From the NCBI GenBank assembly GCA_951406725.2, contig OX597836.1, forward strand, positions 19,468,001 through 19,532,000: DNA of 64,000 nt, read 5' to 3'. The notes below the pieces were generated by a model that did not search any database, was not told where the DNA came from, and saw only the letters and a list, made by a program, of their open reading frames with translations. The position numbers were made by a program, and so were the translations under genes. This stretch comes from Octopus vulgaris. Its lineage: Eukaryota. This document shows, piece after piece, positions 62,666 through 64,000 of the stretch (the first letter of the stretch is position 1; every line of letters starts with the position of its first letter).

Positions 62666-64000
62666 GTAATACAATTGTTATTTCCAATTTATTTTAACGA
62701 CTGTTTACATCTGTGAACTCCAATTAGCAATCAACCCTGGATCTGTTGTACACACCTTCCCTTTTAACCCTCTTGTTACCATTTTTTTGTCGAAATGCAG
62801 AATGGGCCAAAGGTCACACACAAAATAAGTTCTATATGCTCCAAAATTGTCAGACATGCTTCACCTTTTCTAGAACTGAAGAAAAATAAAATAATGATGA
62901 ATACACACATACTTGCACATGATGAACAACATGAATGTGATATTAAAAAAAATGCCAAATGTTTTGGCACATGACTTTTGGCCCACCCCCTATACTACCT
63001 TTATTTCAATTAATTTTAGAAATAATGAAGAATTTAGTAAAATAATCTTGTCAGAAGTTGGCTTACCAACCACATAGTTTCAAGTTCAATCCCACTGCAT
63101 ATCACCTTTCAGAAGTATCTTCTACTGTAGCCCAAGGCTGTCCAAACCTTGTGAGTGGATTTGGTAGGTGGAAACTGAACTGAAAGAAGCTTGTGGGTGT
63201 GTATCTGCGTGCACATGTGTCTCTGTGTTGTGTTTTTGCTTGACCTCTACCACCGCTTGACAATCAGTGTTGGTTTGGTTACATCCTTGTTACTTAGTGG
63301 TCCAGCAAAAGAAACCAATAGAGTAAGTACCAGGCTTTTAAAAAAAAATTCCAGTGTCAATTTGATTGAGTAATATTTGGGCAATATGTCTGTCTTCCTC
63401 AAGTGAAAAATAAAAAAAAATATGCAAAAATACAAAAATTCTAAATTTGAACAAGAATATCCTGCATTTCCTTTTAGATAAAAGGACATTATCAGTTTTT
63501 GCATTTTACAAACTGGTAAGAAAGAAAAAGAAACAAAGAAACCATGAAAGAGAACTCTTAATCAAAAAGTTATGTGCAAATGTAATGAAATTCTCCTGTC
63601 ACTTCATTCATTCCTCTAGGGTGTGACTATTTTAATTCACAAATATATTTATCCTCATGGGTTTTGAGGACTGCAAGTGCAGTGGAATCAGAATATTTTT
63701 GGAAAATTTACAGCTGTCTGATGTAAAATGTTTTAGTGGATCACAATTAAAGGAAAGTACAAATGATATAGCTTAACGTTAGCACGTCGGGCGAAATGCT
63801 TAGCAGTATTTCATCTGCCGCTACGTTCTGAGTTCAAATTCCGCTGTGGTCAACTTTGCTTATCATCCTTTCGGGGTCGATTAAATAAGTACCAGTTACG
63901 CACTGGGGTCGATATAATCGACTTAATCCGTTTGTCTGTCCTTGTTTGTCCTCTCTGTGTTTAGCCCCTTGTGGGTAGTAAAGAAATAGGTATTTCGTCT

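Noticed and set aside
63605-63640. Acceptor-like TTCCTCTAG as the next USP exon
   Set aside because: The required phase gives an immediate TGA stop.

Overview
AT-rich, repeat-dominated animal genomic DNA. The SINE and microsatellite landscape looks like an octopod cephalopod (inference). The only host gene I can support is a + strand USP44/USP49-like deubiquitinase, with five phase-compatible GT-AG exons at 55.2-62.7 kb (Cys-box [18 protein letters not shown] and QQDAQEFL); it continues past the window end, and its ZnF-UBP exons were not located. Most ORFs in the supplied track are microsatellite or SINE artefacts. The rest is a nested mosaic of tRNA-derived SINEs, RTE, R4/Dong and L1/Tx1 LINE fragments, at least four decayed Penelope-like (GIY-YIG) elements, Tc1, mariner and maT transposase relics, non-autonomous Helitrons, and hAT-, piggyBac- and Tc1-type MITEs. 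The most notable signals are: a near-canonical minimal type I hammerhead ribozyme antisense in a USP intron (56231-56272); a palindromic cassette of variant hammerheads (1634-1828); a Dong element sitting in a (TAA)n tract; a TIR element carrying telomere-like repeats; and a 65-bp hairpin trimer inside an RTE. All calls were made by eye; no searches or folding programs were run.
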